Shown: positions 27,567 to 37,328, numbered from the stretch's first letter. The stretch is 64,000 bases of DNA from Bacillota bacterium (GCA_021799275.1 JAJZAT010000002.1:1293-65292); one strand, 5' to 3'. Translations and numbers: made by a program. Notes: generated from the sequence alone by a model not told the origin.

Positions 27567-28112
27567 TCAGACAGTCTGGGGCACGGCACCGCCGAGTTCG
27601 AAGCCGAGCTCGAGGGCACGCTCGTTGAGCTCGAGGAACTCCGGCTTCATGCGCGCGCGCAAGGCCTTGCGCAGGCTGTCGCGCGTCACGGCGTTCGTCA
27701 GGGCGACCAGGGCCCCGAGGGCGATGACGTTGAGCGAGAGCTCGTTGCCGAGATCCTTGGCGGTGCGCCTGAACGGCAGGAAGTGTCCCTTGGCGTCCGG
27801 CAGTTCCTGCCGGATCGTCTCCTCGAGCAGGATGAAGCCTTCCGGCGTCACCTGCTTGCCGTACTTGAGGTAGGCGTCGCGGGAGAAGCAGAGCACGAGA
27901 TCCGGCACCGAGACTTCCGGGAACGCGATCTCGCGGGTCGAGATCACCACCTCGGCCTTCGAGGCGCCGAGCCTGGCTTCCGGGCCGTAGGTCTGGGTCT
28001 GGACGACGTAGAGCCCATCCTCCATGGCGGCTTCAGCGAGCATGGTCCCGGCCAGGATGATGCCCTGGCCGCCACGGCCGGAGAGCCGTACGCGCAGGGG
28101 GTCGTGCAGCAT
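27567..28112 (-). CDS. 2-oxoacid:ferredoxin oxidoreductase, gamma subunit
   Basis: RLSGRGGQGIILAGTMLAEAAMEDGLYVVQTQTYGPEARLG matches the Por/Kor/Vor gamma family. The ATG overlaps the beta stop (ATGA-type). The track ORF is spuriously extended. Confidence 0.85.
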   Translation of the reverse strand: MLHDPLRVRLSGRGGQGIILAGTMLAEAAMEDGLYVVQTQTYGPEARLGASKAEVVISTREIAFPEVSVPDLVLCFSRDAYLKYGKQVTPEGFILLEETIRQELPDAKGHFLPFRRTAKDLGNELSLNVIALGALVALTNAVTRDSLRKALRARMKPEFLELNERALELGFELGGAVPQTV

Positions 28113-28957
28113 TACTTCCCACCCCCCGCTCTGGCGACGAGCCCGTGGTACTGGTCGATGTACTCCGGCCGCTCCTCGTTGCGGAAGAGGCCGATCGGCA
28201 GCTGGCCGACCATCTCCTCGCGCGTAATCTCGGGTGGCGGGCCGAACGCCTCGAGGAGCTTCGTGCGGTCGCGCTCGTAGAGCAGCATGTCCGGTGCCTC
28301 GCCGAGCTTGTTCAGGCGGCCGTAGTAGGTCGGGCACTGGCTCAGCACCTCGACGACGCTGAAGCCGTGGTGGCGGATGGCGCCCTCGATCAGCCGCGGC
28401 ATCTCCTGGAAGTCGAACGTGGTGGTGCGCGCCACGTACGTGGCGCCGGCAGCCAGTGCGAGCTCGACCATGTCGAAGGCGGGCTCGATGGAGCCCATCG
28501 GCGTCGTGGTCGAGTGGGACTCGAGCGGGCTCGTCGGTGCCGACTGTCCGCCCGTCATGCCGTAGATGGAGTTGTTGAAGATGATCGCGGTGATGTCGAT
28601 GTTGCGCCGCGCGGCGTGGATCAGGTGGTTGCCGCCGATCGCCGCGGAGTCGCCATCGCCCATCGGCACGATCACCGTCAGGTTCGGGTTGACCATCTTG
28701 AGGCCGGTGGCGTAGGCCAGCGCGCGGCCGTGGGTGGTGTGCATCGAGTTGGCGTCGAAGTAGAACGGGGCACGGCCGGAGCAGCCGATGCCGCCCACGA
28801 CGGCCAGCTGGTCCATGTCTACGCCAAGGTTCATGAGGGCGGTCGCGATGCCGCGCGCGATGATGCCGTGGCCGCAGCCCGGGCACCAGACGGTGGGCAT
28901 CATCTCCTGCCGCAGATAGGGCGTCAGGTCGACACCTGGCTTAGTCATGGGCCACAC
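28112..28957 (-). CDS. 2-oxoacid:ferredoxin oxidoreductase, beta subunit (TPP-binding)
   Basis: WCPGCGHG, GDGDSAAIGGNHLIHAARRNIDITAIIFNN TPP motif. Confidence 0.9.
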   Translation of the reverse strand: MWPMTKPGVDLTPYLRQEMMPTVWCPGCGHGIIARGIATALMNLGVDMDQLAVVGGIGCSGRAPFYFDANSMHTTHGRALAYATGLKMVNPNLTVIVPMGDGDSAAIGGNHLIHAARRNIDITAIIFNNSIYGMTGGQSAPTSPLESHSTTTPMGSIEPAFDMVELALAAGATYVARTTTFDFQEMPRLIEGAIRHHGFSVVEVLSQCPTYYGRLNKLGEAPDMLLYERDRTKLLEAFGPPPEITREEMVGQLPIGLFRNEERPEYIDQYHGLVARAGGGK

Positions 28958-30074
28958 CTCCGATCTCCACCGAGCTCGCGAGCCTCTTCGCTGCTTCGAC
29001 CAGGGCTTCCGGCGTGAAGAGCTCGCCGTCCATGCGTCCGAGCGACTCCACAGGGCAGCGGCCTTCGAGCGTGGCGCGCACCGGCATCACGTACTGGCCC
29101 AGGTTGAGCTCCGGCACGAGGATGGCCTTGGCGTGTTCGGTCTTCTCCTTCACCAGCCAGTCGGGGAACGGCCAGAGCGTCTGCACGTCGAGGAGTCCCG
29201 CCTTGACGCCGTCCTGGCGGAGGAGTTCCACGGCTTCGCGCGCAGCGCGCGCGGTGATGCCGTAGGTCAGGAGCACGATGTCGGCGTCGTCGAGCGCGAT
29301 CTCGTGGTAGAAGGTGATCTCGCGGGCGTCCCTCCGCATCCGCTCGCCCACGCCCTTCAGGATGCGTTGGACGGCCTGGCCCGCAAGGGCCTTCGGAAGT
29401 CCGGTCTCGTCGTGGCTCATACCGGTCACGACGGTGTGGTGGCCCGAGCCGAACGGTACGAACGGAGCGTCGGGGCCGAACGGCAGGAACTTCTCGTCGA
29501 TGACAGGCTTCGTCCGCTCGCGCACCGGCACGTCCGGGAACTCGACGTTCTCGCGCATATGCGACAGCACCGCGTCGAGCAGCAGGATGGCGGGAACGCG
29601 ATAGGTCTCGGAGAGGTTGAACGCCTCCACCGTCATGCGGTACGCCTCGACCACGGACGAAGCGGTGAGCACGATGACCTCGTGATCGCCATGCGTGCCG
29701 TAGCGGGCCTGCAGGACCTCGCCCTGCGCGGGCAGGGTCGGGAGCCCCGTCGAGGGACCGCCGCGCTGGGAGTCCACGACCACGACCGGCGTCTGCGTCA
29801 TGCAGGCGTAGCCGATGTTCTCCTGCATCAGGGAGAAGCCGGGGCCCGACGTGGCCGTCATGGCCTTGGCGCCGCCCCATGCCGCGCCGATCGCGGCCGC
29901 GATGGAGCCGATCTCGTCCTCCATCTGGATGAAGACACCGCCGGTCTTCGGCATCTGCCTGGCCATCATCTCCATGATCTCGGTGGCCGGCGTGATGGGA
30001 TAGCCGGAGTAGAAGTTGCAGCCTGCGTGCACGGCGGCCAAGGCCACCGCCTCATTGCCCTGTACGAGCCTCAT
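28941..30074 (-). CDS. 2-oxoacid:ferredoxin oxidoreductase, alpha subunit
   Basis: GNEAVALAAVHAGCNFYSGYPITPATEIME..., TSGPGFSLM. Confidence 0.9.
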   Translation of the reverse strand: MRLVQGNEAVALAAVHAGCNFYSGYPITPATEIMEMMARQMPKTGGVFIQMEDEIGSIAAAIGAAWGGAKAMTATSGPGFSLMQENIGYACMTQTPVVVVDSQRGGPSTGLPTLPAQGEVLQARYGTHGDHEVIVLTASSVVEAYRMTVEAFNLSETYRVPAILLLDAVLSHMRENVEFPDVPVRERTKPVIDEKFLPFGPDAPFVPFGSGHHTVVTGMSHDETGLPKALAGQAVQRILKGVGERMRRDAREITFYHEIALDDADIVLLTYGITARAAREAVELLRQDGVKAGLLDVQTLWPFPDWLVKEKTEHAKAILVPELNLGQYVMPVRATLEGRCPVESLGRMDGELFTPEALVEAAKRLASSVEIGGVAHD

Positions 30075-30325
30075 GCCGTTCCCCCCATGGCCAGCGCCGG
30101 GGACGCGACGCGCTCCAGCGTGAAGACGAAGTCGGGACAGCGTACGGCGCAGATACCGCAGAAGATGCAGCGGGAGATGTCGCCCACCACGATGCGCTCG
30201 CCGTCATCCAGCGAGAGGATGTGGGACGGGCAGTTCTCGACGCAGAGGTTGCAGCCCTTGCACCAGTCGCGTTGCACGGACAGCTGACGATCCCCCTGCT
30301 GGTAGTGCAGTGTGGGCTCCTTCAT
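30071..30325 (-). CDS. 2-oxoacid:ferredoxin oxidoreductase, delta subunit (2x[4Fe-4S] ferredoxin)
   Basis: 84 aa, CKGCNLCVENCP and CIFCGICAVRCP. Confidence 0.85.
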   Translation of the reverse strand: MKEPTLHYQQGDRQLSVQRDWCKGCNLCVENCPSHILSLDDGERIVVGDISRCIFCGICAVRCPDFVFTLERVASPALAMGGTA

Positions 30326-31716
30326 CGCGCCAGCCCCTTCAGATAACGGTCGATGCCCATGGCCGCGACCTTGCCGTGATGGACGGCCTCGACCGCGGTG
30401 CCTCCGCCGTTGACGGCGTCACCGCCGGCGAAGAACTTGGGGTTGCCGGTCTGACCAGTCACGCCGTCGACCTCGAGAGGGCCGCGCTCGTGCTGCAGAC
30501 CGGGGATCTGGGCCAGGAAGCCGGTGCGGTAACGCTGGCCGACCGCCTTGATGACGGTGTCCACGGGCAGGTCGAAGGCGGAGCCCGGCACCCGTTGCGG
30601 CCGACGCCGGCCGCTCTCGTCGGGCTCTCCCAGCTCCATGCGTTCGCAGCGCACGACCGAGACGCGACCGTCGCCCAGGAAGGCGACCGGCAGGCTCAGC
30701 CAGACGAAGCGGACGCCGTCCTCCTTGGCCTCCAGCACCTCGTGGCGCCACGCGGGCATTTCGCTCTCGGTGCGGCGGTAGAGGACGACGACGTCCTCGG
30801 CGCCGAGCCTAAGAGCCTCGCGGGCGCAGTCCATGGCGGTGTTGCCGCCGCCGATCACGGCCACGCGGCGTCCCACCTTGGGCGCGAGACCGTCCTTGAC
30901 CGCCTCGATGAACGGCAGGGACTCGTAGACGCCTTCGAGCTCGTCGCCGTCGTAGCGGACGTCGGCGTCCTCGCCAAGGCCGACGCCGAGGAAGATGGCG
31001 TCGAACTCGGACTCGAGGCGCCTGAGGTCTTCCCGGCCGCGGATCGGTGCGTTCAGGTGGAACTGGACGCCCATGGCCTCGAGACGCTGCGCCTCATCCG
31101 GCAGCGGCTCGCACACCTGCCGGTACGGGGCGATGGCGTAGCGGATCAGTCCGCCGACCTCTTCGCGGGCGTCGAAGATCTCCACCTCGTAGCCGAGCGG
31201 TGCGAGAGTGGCTGCGCAGGCCATGCCTGCGGGGCCGGCCCCGATCACGGCGACGCGGTGCCCGTTCAGGCCGGCGCGCTGCGGCGTCGCGGTGCCGGCG
31301 GCGAGGGCCGCGTCGGTGGCGAAGCGCTGCAGCCGCCCGATGGTGACCGGTCGCCGGCCTGCCGTTTCCAGCACGCAGGCGCCCTCGCAGAGCACCTCGG
31401 TCGGGCAGACGCGGGCGCAGCTGCCGCCGAGCGGGTTGGCCGAGAAGATGATGTCCGCGGCCTTTTCCGGCTTGCCGTCCACGATCTGCGCAATGAATCC
31501 AGGGACATCCACGTCGGCCGGGCAGGCAACGGTGCAGGGCGCCGGCGCTGTGATGCTGCCGCACTCGAGGCAGCGCTCCGCCTCTACGACAGCGACATCG
31601 GCGGCGAACGCGGGGTGCAGCTCCTGGAACACGCCTCCGAACGGCAGGGACGACGACTTGTCGTCCCCACCGCGGGTAGCGGACACCCGGTCAGGCTGGT
31701 GCGTTTCACCGGCCAT
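30322..31716 (-). CDS. GltD-family NAD(P)H-dependent FAD/Fe-S oxidoreductase (glutamate synthase small-subunit / SudA / NfnB-like)
   Basis: N-terminal Cys clusters (CLECG...CPADVDV...C.RVCP...C), then two Rossmann motifs VAVIGAGPAGMACA and VAVIGGGNTAMDCA. Confidence 0.8.
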   Translation of the reverse strand: MAGETHQPDRVSATRGGDDKSSSLPFGGVFQELHPAFAADVAVVEAERCLECGSITAPAPCTVACPADVDVPGFIAQIVDGKPEKAADIIFSANPLGGSCARVCPTEVLCEGACVLETAGRRPVTIGRLQRFATDAALAAGTATPQRAGLNGHRVAVIGAGPAGMACAATLAPLGYEVEIFDAREEVGGLIRYAIAPYRQVCEPLPDEAQRLEAMGVQFHLNAPIRGREDLRRLESEFDAIFLGVGLGEDADVRYDGDELEGVYESLPFIEAVKDGLAPKVGRRVAVIGGGNTAMDCAREALRLGAEDVVVLYRRTESEMPAWRHEVLEAKEDGVRFVWLSLPVAFLGDGRVSVVRCERMELGEPDESGRRRPQRVPGSAFDLPVDTVIKAVGQRYRTGFLAQIPGLQHERGPLEVDGVTGQTGNPKFFAGGDAVNGGGTAVEAVHHGKVAAMGIDRYLKGLAR

Positions 31717-31752
31717 CTCGTGTCACTCCCCCTTCTGGGTCTTGCGGCCCTA

Positions 31753-33135
31753 CTACGCGACCTCTTCCTTGATGGCCGAGACGAGGCTTTGGAGCGCACC
31801 CTTGGCGTCGCCGAAGAACATCTTCGTGTTCTGCTTGAAGAAGAGCGGGTTGTCGATGCCGGCGAAACCGGCGGCCATCGAGCGCTTGTTGACGATGACG
31901 GTCTTGGCCTGGTCGACGTTGAGGATCGGCATGCCGTAGATCGGGCTGCCCGGGTTCTCGCGCGCGTCTGGGTTCACGACGTCGTTGGCGCCAATGACGA
32001 GCACGACGTCCGTGCGCTGGAACTCCGGGTTGATGTCGTCCATGTCGTAGAGGCGGTCGTACGGGACGTTGGCCTCCGCGAGCAGAACGTTCATGTGGCC
32101 CGGCATGCGGCCGGCAACCGGGTGGATGGCGAAGCGGACGTCGACGCCGCGGGAGGAGAGGAGGTCCATCAGGTCCTTGCACTCCTGCTGTGCGCGCGCC
32201 ACCGCGAGGCCGTAGCCGGGGACGATCACGACGCGCTGCGCGTAGGCGCAGAGCATGGCGACCTCTTCCGCGTTGGTCGGGTGGATCTCGCCGCGCTCGG
32301 AGGTGCCGGTCGCGGTGACCTTGGAGCCGAACGCCGAGAACAGCACGTTGAAGATCGAGCGGTTCATGGCGCGGCTCATGATCAGCGTCAGGATGGTACC
32401 GGACGACCCGACGAGCGCACCGGCCACGATCAGGACGTCGTTCTGGAGCACGAAACCGGCGGCGGCCGCCGCGATACCCGTGAAGGCGTTCAAGAGGGCG
32501 ATGATCACCGGCATGTCGGCGCCGCCGACCGGCACCACGAACATCACGCCGAGGATGACGCTGCCGACGATGAGGATCCAGTCGAGCAGGATGCTGGGCT
32601 GGAACGGGATGTAGATCGCGAGCAGCACCAGGATGATGAGGATGATGGCGTTCACCGCGTTCTGCCCCTTGAAGGACATCGCGCGGCTTGGCATCCACTC
32701 CTGGAGCTTGAGGAAGGCGATGATGCTGCCGGAGAAGCTGATCGATCCGACCAGCATGTCGAAGAGGCCAGGCACCGCCTGCGAGAGGCCGGGGTAGCTG
32801 CCGTGGCCGAGCGCCTGCAGGGCCTCGGAGAGGGCGATCATGGCCGCCGCGCCGCCGCCCATGCCGTTGAAGGCGGCGACCATCTGCGGCATGGCGGTCA
32901 TCTTGACCGCGCGCGACGAGTAGGCGCCGATCACGGCACCTACGACGAAGACGATGACCAGCAGGAGGATGTTGCCGACGCTGGCGCCGATCACGGTGAA
33001 CACGACCGCGATCAGCATGCCGACGGCGGCCAGGAGGTTGCCGGAGCGAGCCGTGGCGGGATTGCGCAGACGCATGACACCGATGATGAACAGGATGGCG
33101 GCGATCATGTATGCCGCATCGCGAATGTTACTCAC
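31753..33135 (-). CDS. pntB: NAD(P) transhydrogenase subunit beta
   Basis: Polytopic N-terminus and NADP(H)-binding C-terminus (VVIVPGYGLAVARAQ...). Confidence 0.9.
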   Translation of the reverse strand: MSNIRDAAYMIAAILFIIGVMRLRNPATARSGNLLAAVGMLIAVVFTVIGASVGNILLLVIVFVVGAVIGAYSSRAVKMTAMPQMVAAFNGMGGGAAAMIALSEALQALGHGSYPGLSQAVPGLFDMLVGSISFSGSIIAFLKLQEWMPSRAMSFKGQNAVNAIILIILVLLAIYIPFQPSILLDWILIVGSVILGVMFVVPVGGADMPVIIALLNAFTGIAAAAAGFVLQNDVLIVAGALVGSSGTILTLIMSRAMNRSIFNVLFSAFGSKVTATGTSERGEIHPTNAEEVAMLCAYAQRVVIVPGYGLAVARAQQECKDLMDLLSSRGVDVRFAIHPVAGRMPGHMNVLLAEANVPYDRLYDMDDINPEFQRTDVVLVIGANDVVNPDARENPGSPIYGMPILNVDQAKTVIVNKRSMAAGFAGIDNPLFFKQNTKMFFGDAKGALQSLVSAIKEEVA

Positions 33136-33452
33136 TTGGCGGCCTGCCCTTTCTCGTTCGGACTCTTGCGGAACATCTCGAGCATGCGGTCGGTGACGAC
33201 GAAGCCGCCGACGACGTTCAGGGTCGCGAGGAACAGCGCCAGCGCGGCGACGATGATCTGCGACGTGCCTGTGGCGGTGAAGACGACGATCAGGGCACCG
33301 ACGACCAGGACTCCGTGGATCGCGTTCGTGGCGGACATGAGCGGCGTGTGGAGCACCGGGGGCACCTTCGTGATCAGTGACCAGCCGGTGAAGACCGCAA
33401 GCACGAAAAAGAAGAGCTCTTGCAGCAGGCTCACATGCACGACGGTAAGCAC
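33132..33452 (-). CDS. pntAB: NAD(P) transhydrogenase subunit alpha part 2 (membrane)
   Basis: 106-aa hydrophobic protein, typical of split PntA. 4-nt overlap with pntB. Confidence 0.85.
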   Translation of the reverse strand: MLTVVHVSLLQELFFFVLAVFTGWSLITKVPPVLHTPLMSATNAIHGVLVVGALIVVFTATGTSQIIVAALALFLATLNVVGGFVVTDRMLEMFRKSPNEKGQAAK

Positions 33453-33503
33453 CTCTCTTGCGGCGGGATTTGGATCAGGCGCCCTCGCGGGGCGCCAAGC
33501 GTT

Positions 33504-34664
33504 CTACTTTGCGACCGAGAGCTTCTCGCGCGTCGGCGCGTGGGTCACTTCACCCTTCGCTGTGAGGCGCGTGGCCGTCAGGATCTCGTCGTCCGGCACC
33601 GGCGGGAGGTCCGCGGCGCTCGCCGCGTCCTTCGCCCACGTGTCGAACAGGTGATTCAGGAACGTGACGACGTTGCGGGCGTAGAGCTGGCTCGCCGGCG
33701 ACGGCATCGTCGAGGCAAGGTTGAGGGTGCCGTCGATGATCACGCCGCCCTCGGTGACCTTGACCTCGCCAGGAACCGTCAAGGCGCAGTTACCGCCGGT
33801 CTCGGCCGCAAGGTCGACGATGACCGCACCGGTGTGCATGGAGCGGACCATGGGCTCGTCGATCAGCTCCGGAGCCTTGCGGCCTGGCACCATGGCGGTC
33901 GCGATGACGACATCGGACTTCTGCACGGGCTCGGCGAGCAGCTCGCGCTCCCGCTTCTCCTCATCCTCCGCCATGGCGCGTGCGTATCCGCCAGTGGCTT
34001 CGGCGTTCTCGACGGGCAGACTGAGGAAGCTGGCTCCAAGGCTCTCGACCTGCTCGCGCGAGGCGGGACGCACGTCGAAGGCCTGGACCACGGCACCGAG
34101 GCGTTTCGCGGTCGCGATGGCCTGCAGGCCCGCGACGCCGGCGCCCAGGATCAGCACCTTGGCCGGTGCGATCGTTCCGGCGGCGGTCATCAGCATCGGG
34201 AAGAAGCGCTCCACGAGAAGGTTCGCGGAGAGTACCGCGCGGTAGCCGGAGACCGTGCTCATGGACGAGAGGACGTCCATGCTCTGCGCGCGCGTGATGC
34301 GCGGCATCAGGTCGAGGCTGAAGGATGTCACCTTGGCGTCGGCCAGCTGCTGGCCGACTTCGGGCTGGCTCAAGGGGCCAAGGGTTCCGACGACGACACT
34401 GTCCGGCTTCAAGAGCGGCAGTTCAGATGCCTCGGGAGCGCGCACCTTAAGAATGATGTCGGCCTGCTTGTAGGCAGTCTGGCCATCGGGCAGGATCTCG
34501 GCGCCTGCAGCGCTGTACAGCGCGTCCGGCAATTGGGCCGCAAGGCCCGCATTCGTCTCGACCCCGACCTTGTGACCCTTCTTCACCAATTGCGCGACCA
34601 TGTCGGGCGTGAGTGCAACACGCCGCTCGCCGGGTCGAATTTCCCGGGGTACACTCAAGTACAC
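33504..34664 (-). CDS. pntAA: NAD(P) transhydrogenase subunit alpha part 1 (NAD(H)-binding, AlaDH-like)
   Basis: VLILGAGVAGLQAIATAKRLGAVV Rossmann fold, dI domain. Confidence 0.9.
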   Translation of the reverse strand: MYLSVPREIRPGERRVALTPDMVAQLVKKGHKVGVETNAGLAAQLPDALYSAAGAEILPDGQTAYKQADIILKVRAPEASELPLLKPDSVVVGTLGPLSQPEVGQQLADAKVTSFSLDLMPRITRAQSMDVLSSMSTVSGYRAVLSANLLVERFFPMLMTAAGTIAPAKVLILGAGVAGLQAIATAKRLGAVVQAFDVRPASREQVESLGASFLSLPVENAEATGGYARAMAEDEEKRERELLAEPVQKSDVVIATAMVPGRKAPELIDEPMVRSMHTGAVIVDLAAETGGNCALTVPGEVKVTEGGVIIDGTLNLASTMPSPASQLYARNVVTFLNHLFDTWAKDAASAADLPPVPDDEILTATRLTAKGEVTHAPTREKLSVAK

Positions 34665-34821
34665 CGCGCCACCACCTCTCCAAGTACCTTAGGAACTCGC
34701 GCTGCGCCGCAGGCAGGGCCCAAGGGCCCCAAGGAGCCTGCCCAGATGGCCCAGACGTGACAGCGACCGGCCATGCATATAAGGGCGGTCCAAACGCTCC
34801 ATTGCGGGAGGTCATTGCGCC

Positions 34822-35526
34822 TTGTATCCATTGCAACAGATTTCTCGCAGATTGGCGAGCGCCGAGGCCGTCCGGGAAGTGCGCTCAGGCATGGTCCTCG
34901 GCCTTGGCAGCGGCCGCGCGGTCGCTGCCGTGATCCAGGCGCTCGGCAGGCGTATGGCCGCCGAGGGACTGGCCATTTCGGCGGTGTCGGCCTCCCGGGC
35001 GACGGCACGTCAGGCCGAGGCCGTCGGCATCCGCCTGCTCCCAGGCGACGACGTGCCTGAACTCGACCTCGGATTTGACGGGGCGGACCTGCTCAGCGAG
35101 GACCTCCAGCTGATCAAGGGCGGTGGCGGCGCCCTGGTGCGCGAGCGGCTGGTGGCGCTTGGCTGCCGCCGCTGGGTGATCGTGGCCGAGGAGGAGAAGA
35201 TGCGGGCCGATCTGCGGGGAGCACTCCTTCCTGTCGCGCTGGTCGCGTTTGGCCACGAGGCGACCGCACGGCGAATCGGAGCCCTCGGCCTGCGCGCGAC
35301 GGCGCGCAGGACCGCACAAGGGCGCGTGCGCCGCAGCGACGACGGGTTCGCGCTGTACGACTGCCTCGATGAGGCCGGGAGGCCCCTCGCAATGGTTTTT
35401 GAGGCCCTCGCCGCATTGCCTGGCGTCATCGACACGGGGTATTTCACCGGCATGGCCGACGCTGCGTACATCGGCTCGCAGCATGGTGTGCGCCGGATTA
35501 CCGCATGTCGCGCCAGGGCGCGATAA
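34822..35526 (+). CDS. rpiA: Ribose-5-phosphate isomerase A
   Basis: GMVLGLGSGRAV, LDLGFDGADLLSEDLQLIKGGGGALVRERLVA. TTG start. Confidence 0.85.
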   Translation: MYPLQQISRRLASAEAVREVRSGMVLGLGSGRAVAAVIQALGRRMAAEGLAISAVSASRATARQAEAVGIRLLPGDDVPELDLGFDGADLLSEDLQLIKGGGGALVRERLVALGCRRWVIVAEEEKMRADLRGALLPVALVAFGHEATARRIGALGLRATARRTAQGRVRRSDDGFALYDCLDEAGRPLAMVFEALAALPGVIDTGYFTGMADAAYIGSQHGVRRITACRARAR

Positions 35527-35580
35527 GCGGCCGCCGTAATATGGTGGGAGCCGCCCCGATGTGGACGGCTCCCACAAAAC

Positions 35581-35657
35581 TGGTCGGACTGGCGGGACTC
35601 GAACCCGCGACCTCTACCACCCCAAGGTAGCGCGCTACCAAACTGCGCCACAGCCCG
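35581..35657 (-). tRNA. tRNA-Pro (anticodon GGG)
   Basis: 77-nt cloverleaf on the minus strand: acceptor CGGGCTG/CAGTCCG, D-arm GCGC-AGTTTGGTA-GCGC, anticodon stem CTACC/GGTAG with loop TTGGGGT, T-arm GCGGG-TTCGAGT-CCCGC, discriminator A, encoded CCA. Confidence 0.85.
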
Positions 35658-35668
35658 GTCACCACTCC

Positions 35669-35697
35669 ATGTTAGTGTGCGGCGGCCAAAGGCGCAA
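35669..35697 (-). promoter_or_regulatory. Candidate sigma-A promoter for tRNA-Pro
   Basis: TTGCGC, 17 nt, TAACAT, ending about 11 nt before the mature tRNA 5' end. Confidence 0.3.
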
Positions 35698-35732
35698 GTG
35701 CGCGCGGTCGCATCGCGTGCGGCAACCAGGCC

Positions 35733-35765
35733 GCGAGCCCCGGCAAGCTGCCTTGCGGGGCTCGC
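35733..35765 (-). terminator. Strong GC hairpin downstream of spoIVA (possible terminator or processing signal)
   Basis: GCGAGCCCCGGCAAG-ctgc-CTTGCGGGGCTCGC, about 14 bp with one bulge, 9 nt after the spoIVA stop. There is no U-tract, so function is uncertain. Confidence 0.35.
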
Positions 35766-35774
35766 GCCGCAGGT

Positions 35775-37253
35775 TCAGACGATGATGCAGATCAGCCCGC
35801 CGCTGCCTTCGTTGACGATGCGTTCGAGCGTCTCGCGCAGCTTCTGCTGCGCCTGCTCCGGCATGCGCACGAGCTTGTTCTGGATGCCCTCGCGCACCAG
35901 TTCGTTGAGCGACTTGCCGAAGATGTCGGACTCCCAGATCTTCTTCGGGTCGTCCTCGAACTTCGTCAGGAGGTACTGCACCAGTTCCTCGCTCTGGCGC
36001 TCGGTGCCGATGATCGGCGTGACCTCGGTCTCGACGTCCGCGCGAATCATGTGGATGGACGGCGCCATGGCGCGCAGCCGCACGCCGAAGCGGCTACCCA
36101 TCTTGATCAGCTCGGGCTCCTCGAACGCCATCTCGTCGAGGCGTGGCGTGACGAGGCCGTAGCCGGTTTCATGCACCTGATCCAAGGCCTCGGCGACCTG
36201 GTCGTAGGAGCGCTTGGCGACCACCATGCCCTGCCAGGCGCGCATGAGGTCCGGTTCACCGGCGATCGGCTCGCCATAGAGGTCCGTGAGCGTCTGGAAG
36301 AAGAGACCGGGTCTAGCGGAGAGCGCGATGTGCGCCACGCCCTCGCCGAGGTCCAGTTCCGTGAGTTGCACGCGGTCTGCGAGCTCGAAGCCGGCCAGCT
36401 GGTCGACGGCGGCGTCGACGTCGCGGACCCGGCGGATGCCCGCCTGGGCCTCGCGCACGGCGCTCTCGAAGCGGTCGCGCAGCGGGTAGCCGCTCTCGAG
36501 TTCCTGCACCCAGTCCGGCAGCGCGATCACGACCTCCCGGACGGGGAACTCGTAGAGCATCTGCTCGAGCAGCACCTGCAGGTCCTCTCCCGTGAGGTCC
36601 TGCGCCGAAAGCGGCAGGACGGGCACGGCGTACTGCTCCTCGAGGTCATGCGCCAGCTCGAGCGTTTCCTGCGCGTAGGGGTGCGCCGAGTTGAGCACCA
36701 CGATGAACGGCTTGCCGAGCTCCGTCAGCTCGGCCACCACCTGGGCTTCGGCGGGTTCGTAGGCGGCGCGCGGCAGTCCCGTGACCGATCCGTCCGTGCC
36801 GACCACGATGCCGATCGTCGAGTGTTCCGCGATCACTTTGCGCGTGCCGGTCTGCGCCGCTTCGGCGAACGGCACCGGGTGGTCGAACCAAGGGGTGTCG
36901 ACCATGCGCGGGGCTTCGTCCTCGGTGTAGCCGATGGCCCCGTCCACCGCGTACCCGACACAGTCGACCAGACGGATGCGGCAGTGCATGCCTTCCTGCA
37001 GCTCGATCTCGACGCCCTCGTCGGGGATGAACTTGGGCTCGGTGGTCATGACCTGGCGGCCGGTGCCGCCCTGTGGCATGGCGTCGCGCGCCCTGGCCTG
37101 CTCGTTCTCGTCGGTGATGTTGGGCAGCACCGCGAGTTCCATGATGCGGCGGATCAACGTCGACTTGCCGCTGCGGACCGGGCCGACGACACCGATGTAG
37201 ATGTCGCCCCCCGTCCTCTGCGCGACATCCTGCAAGATGTCGAACTGCTCCAC
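35775..37253 (-). CDS. spoIVA: Stage IV sporulation protein A (spore coat basement-layer ATPase)
   Basis: MEQFDILQDVAQRTGGDIYIGVVGPVRSGKSTLIRRIMELAVLPNI is near-identical in pattern to the Bacillus SpoIVA N-terminus and Walker A. 492 aa from the GTG at 37253, with SD GGGAGGGG 5 nt upstream. This matches B. subtilis SpoIVA length. Confidence 0.9.
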   Translation of the reverse strand: MEQFDILQDVAQRTGGDIYIGVVGPVRSGKSTLIRRIMELAVLPNITDENEQARARDAMPQGGTGRQVMTTEPKFIPDEGVEIELQEGMHCRIRLVDCVGYAVDGAIGYTEDEAPRMVDTPWFDHPVPFAEAAQTGTRKVIAEHSTIGIVVGTDGSVTGLPRAAYEPAEAQVVAELTELGKPFIVVLNSAHPYAQETLELAHDLEEQYAVPVLPLSAQDLTGEDLQVLLEQMLYEFPVREVVIALPDWVQELESGYPLRDRFESAVREAQAGIRRVRDVDAAVDQLAGFELADRVQLTELDLGEGVAHIALSARPGLFFQTLTDLYGEPIAGEPDLMRAWQGMVVAKRSYDQVAEALDQVHETGYGLVTPRLDEMAFEEPELIKMGSRFGVRLRAMAPSIHMIRADVETEVTPIIGTERQSEELVQYLLTKFEDDPKKIWESDIFGKSLNELVREGIQNKLVRMPEQAQQKLRETLERIVNEGSGGLICIIV

Positions 37254-37328
37254 CCCTACCCCTCCCGTACCCACCGGTGCCGGCCGCGCGCAAGAACGCG
37301 GTCCGGGGGAAGCCGGATTGGACGGTTC

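Noticed and set aside
27567-28886. 439-aa extension of the OFOR gamma ORF
   Set aside because: Only the C-terminal 181 aa match the gamma subunit. Upstream the ORF runs antisense-like through the beta-subunit gene in another frame.
30310-33654. 1114-aa plus-strand ORF
   Set aside because: Antisense to the gltD-like and pntB/pntAB genes, which have unambiguous conserved motifs. This is a GC-rich open-frame artefact.
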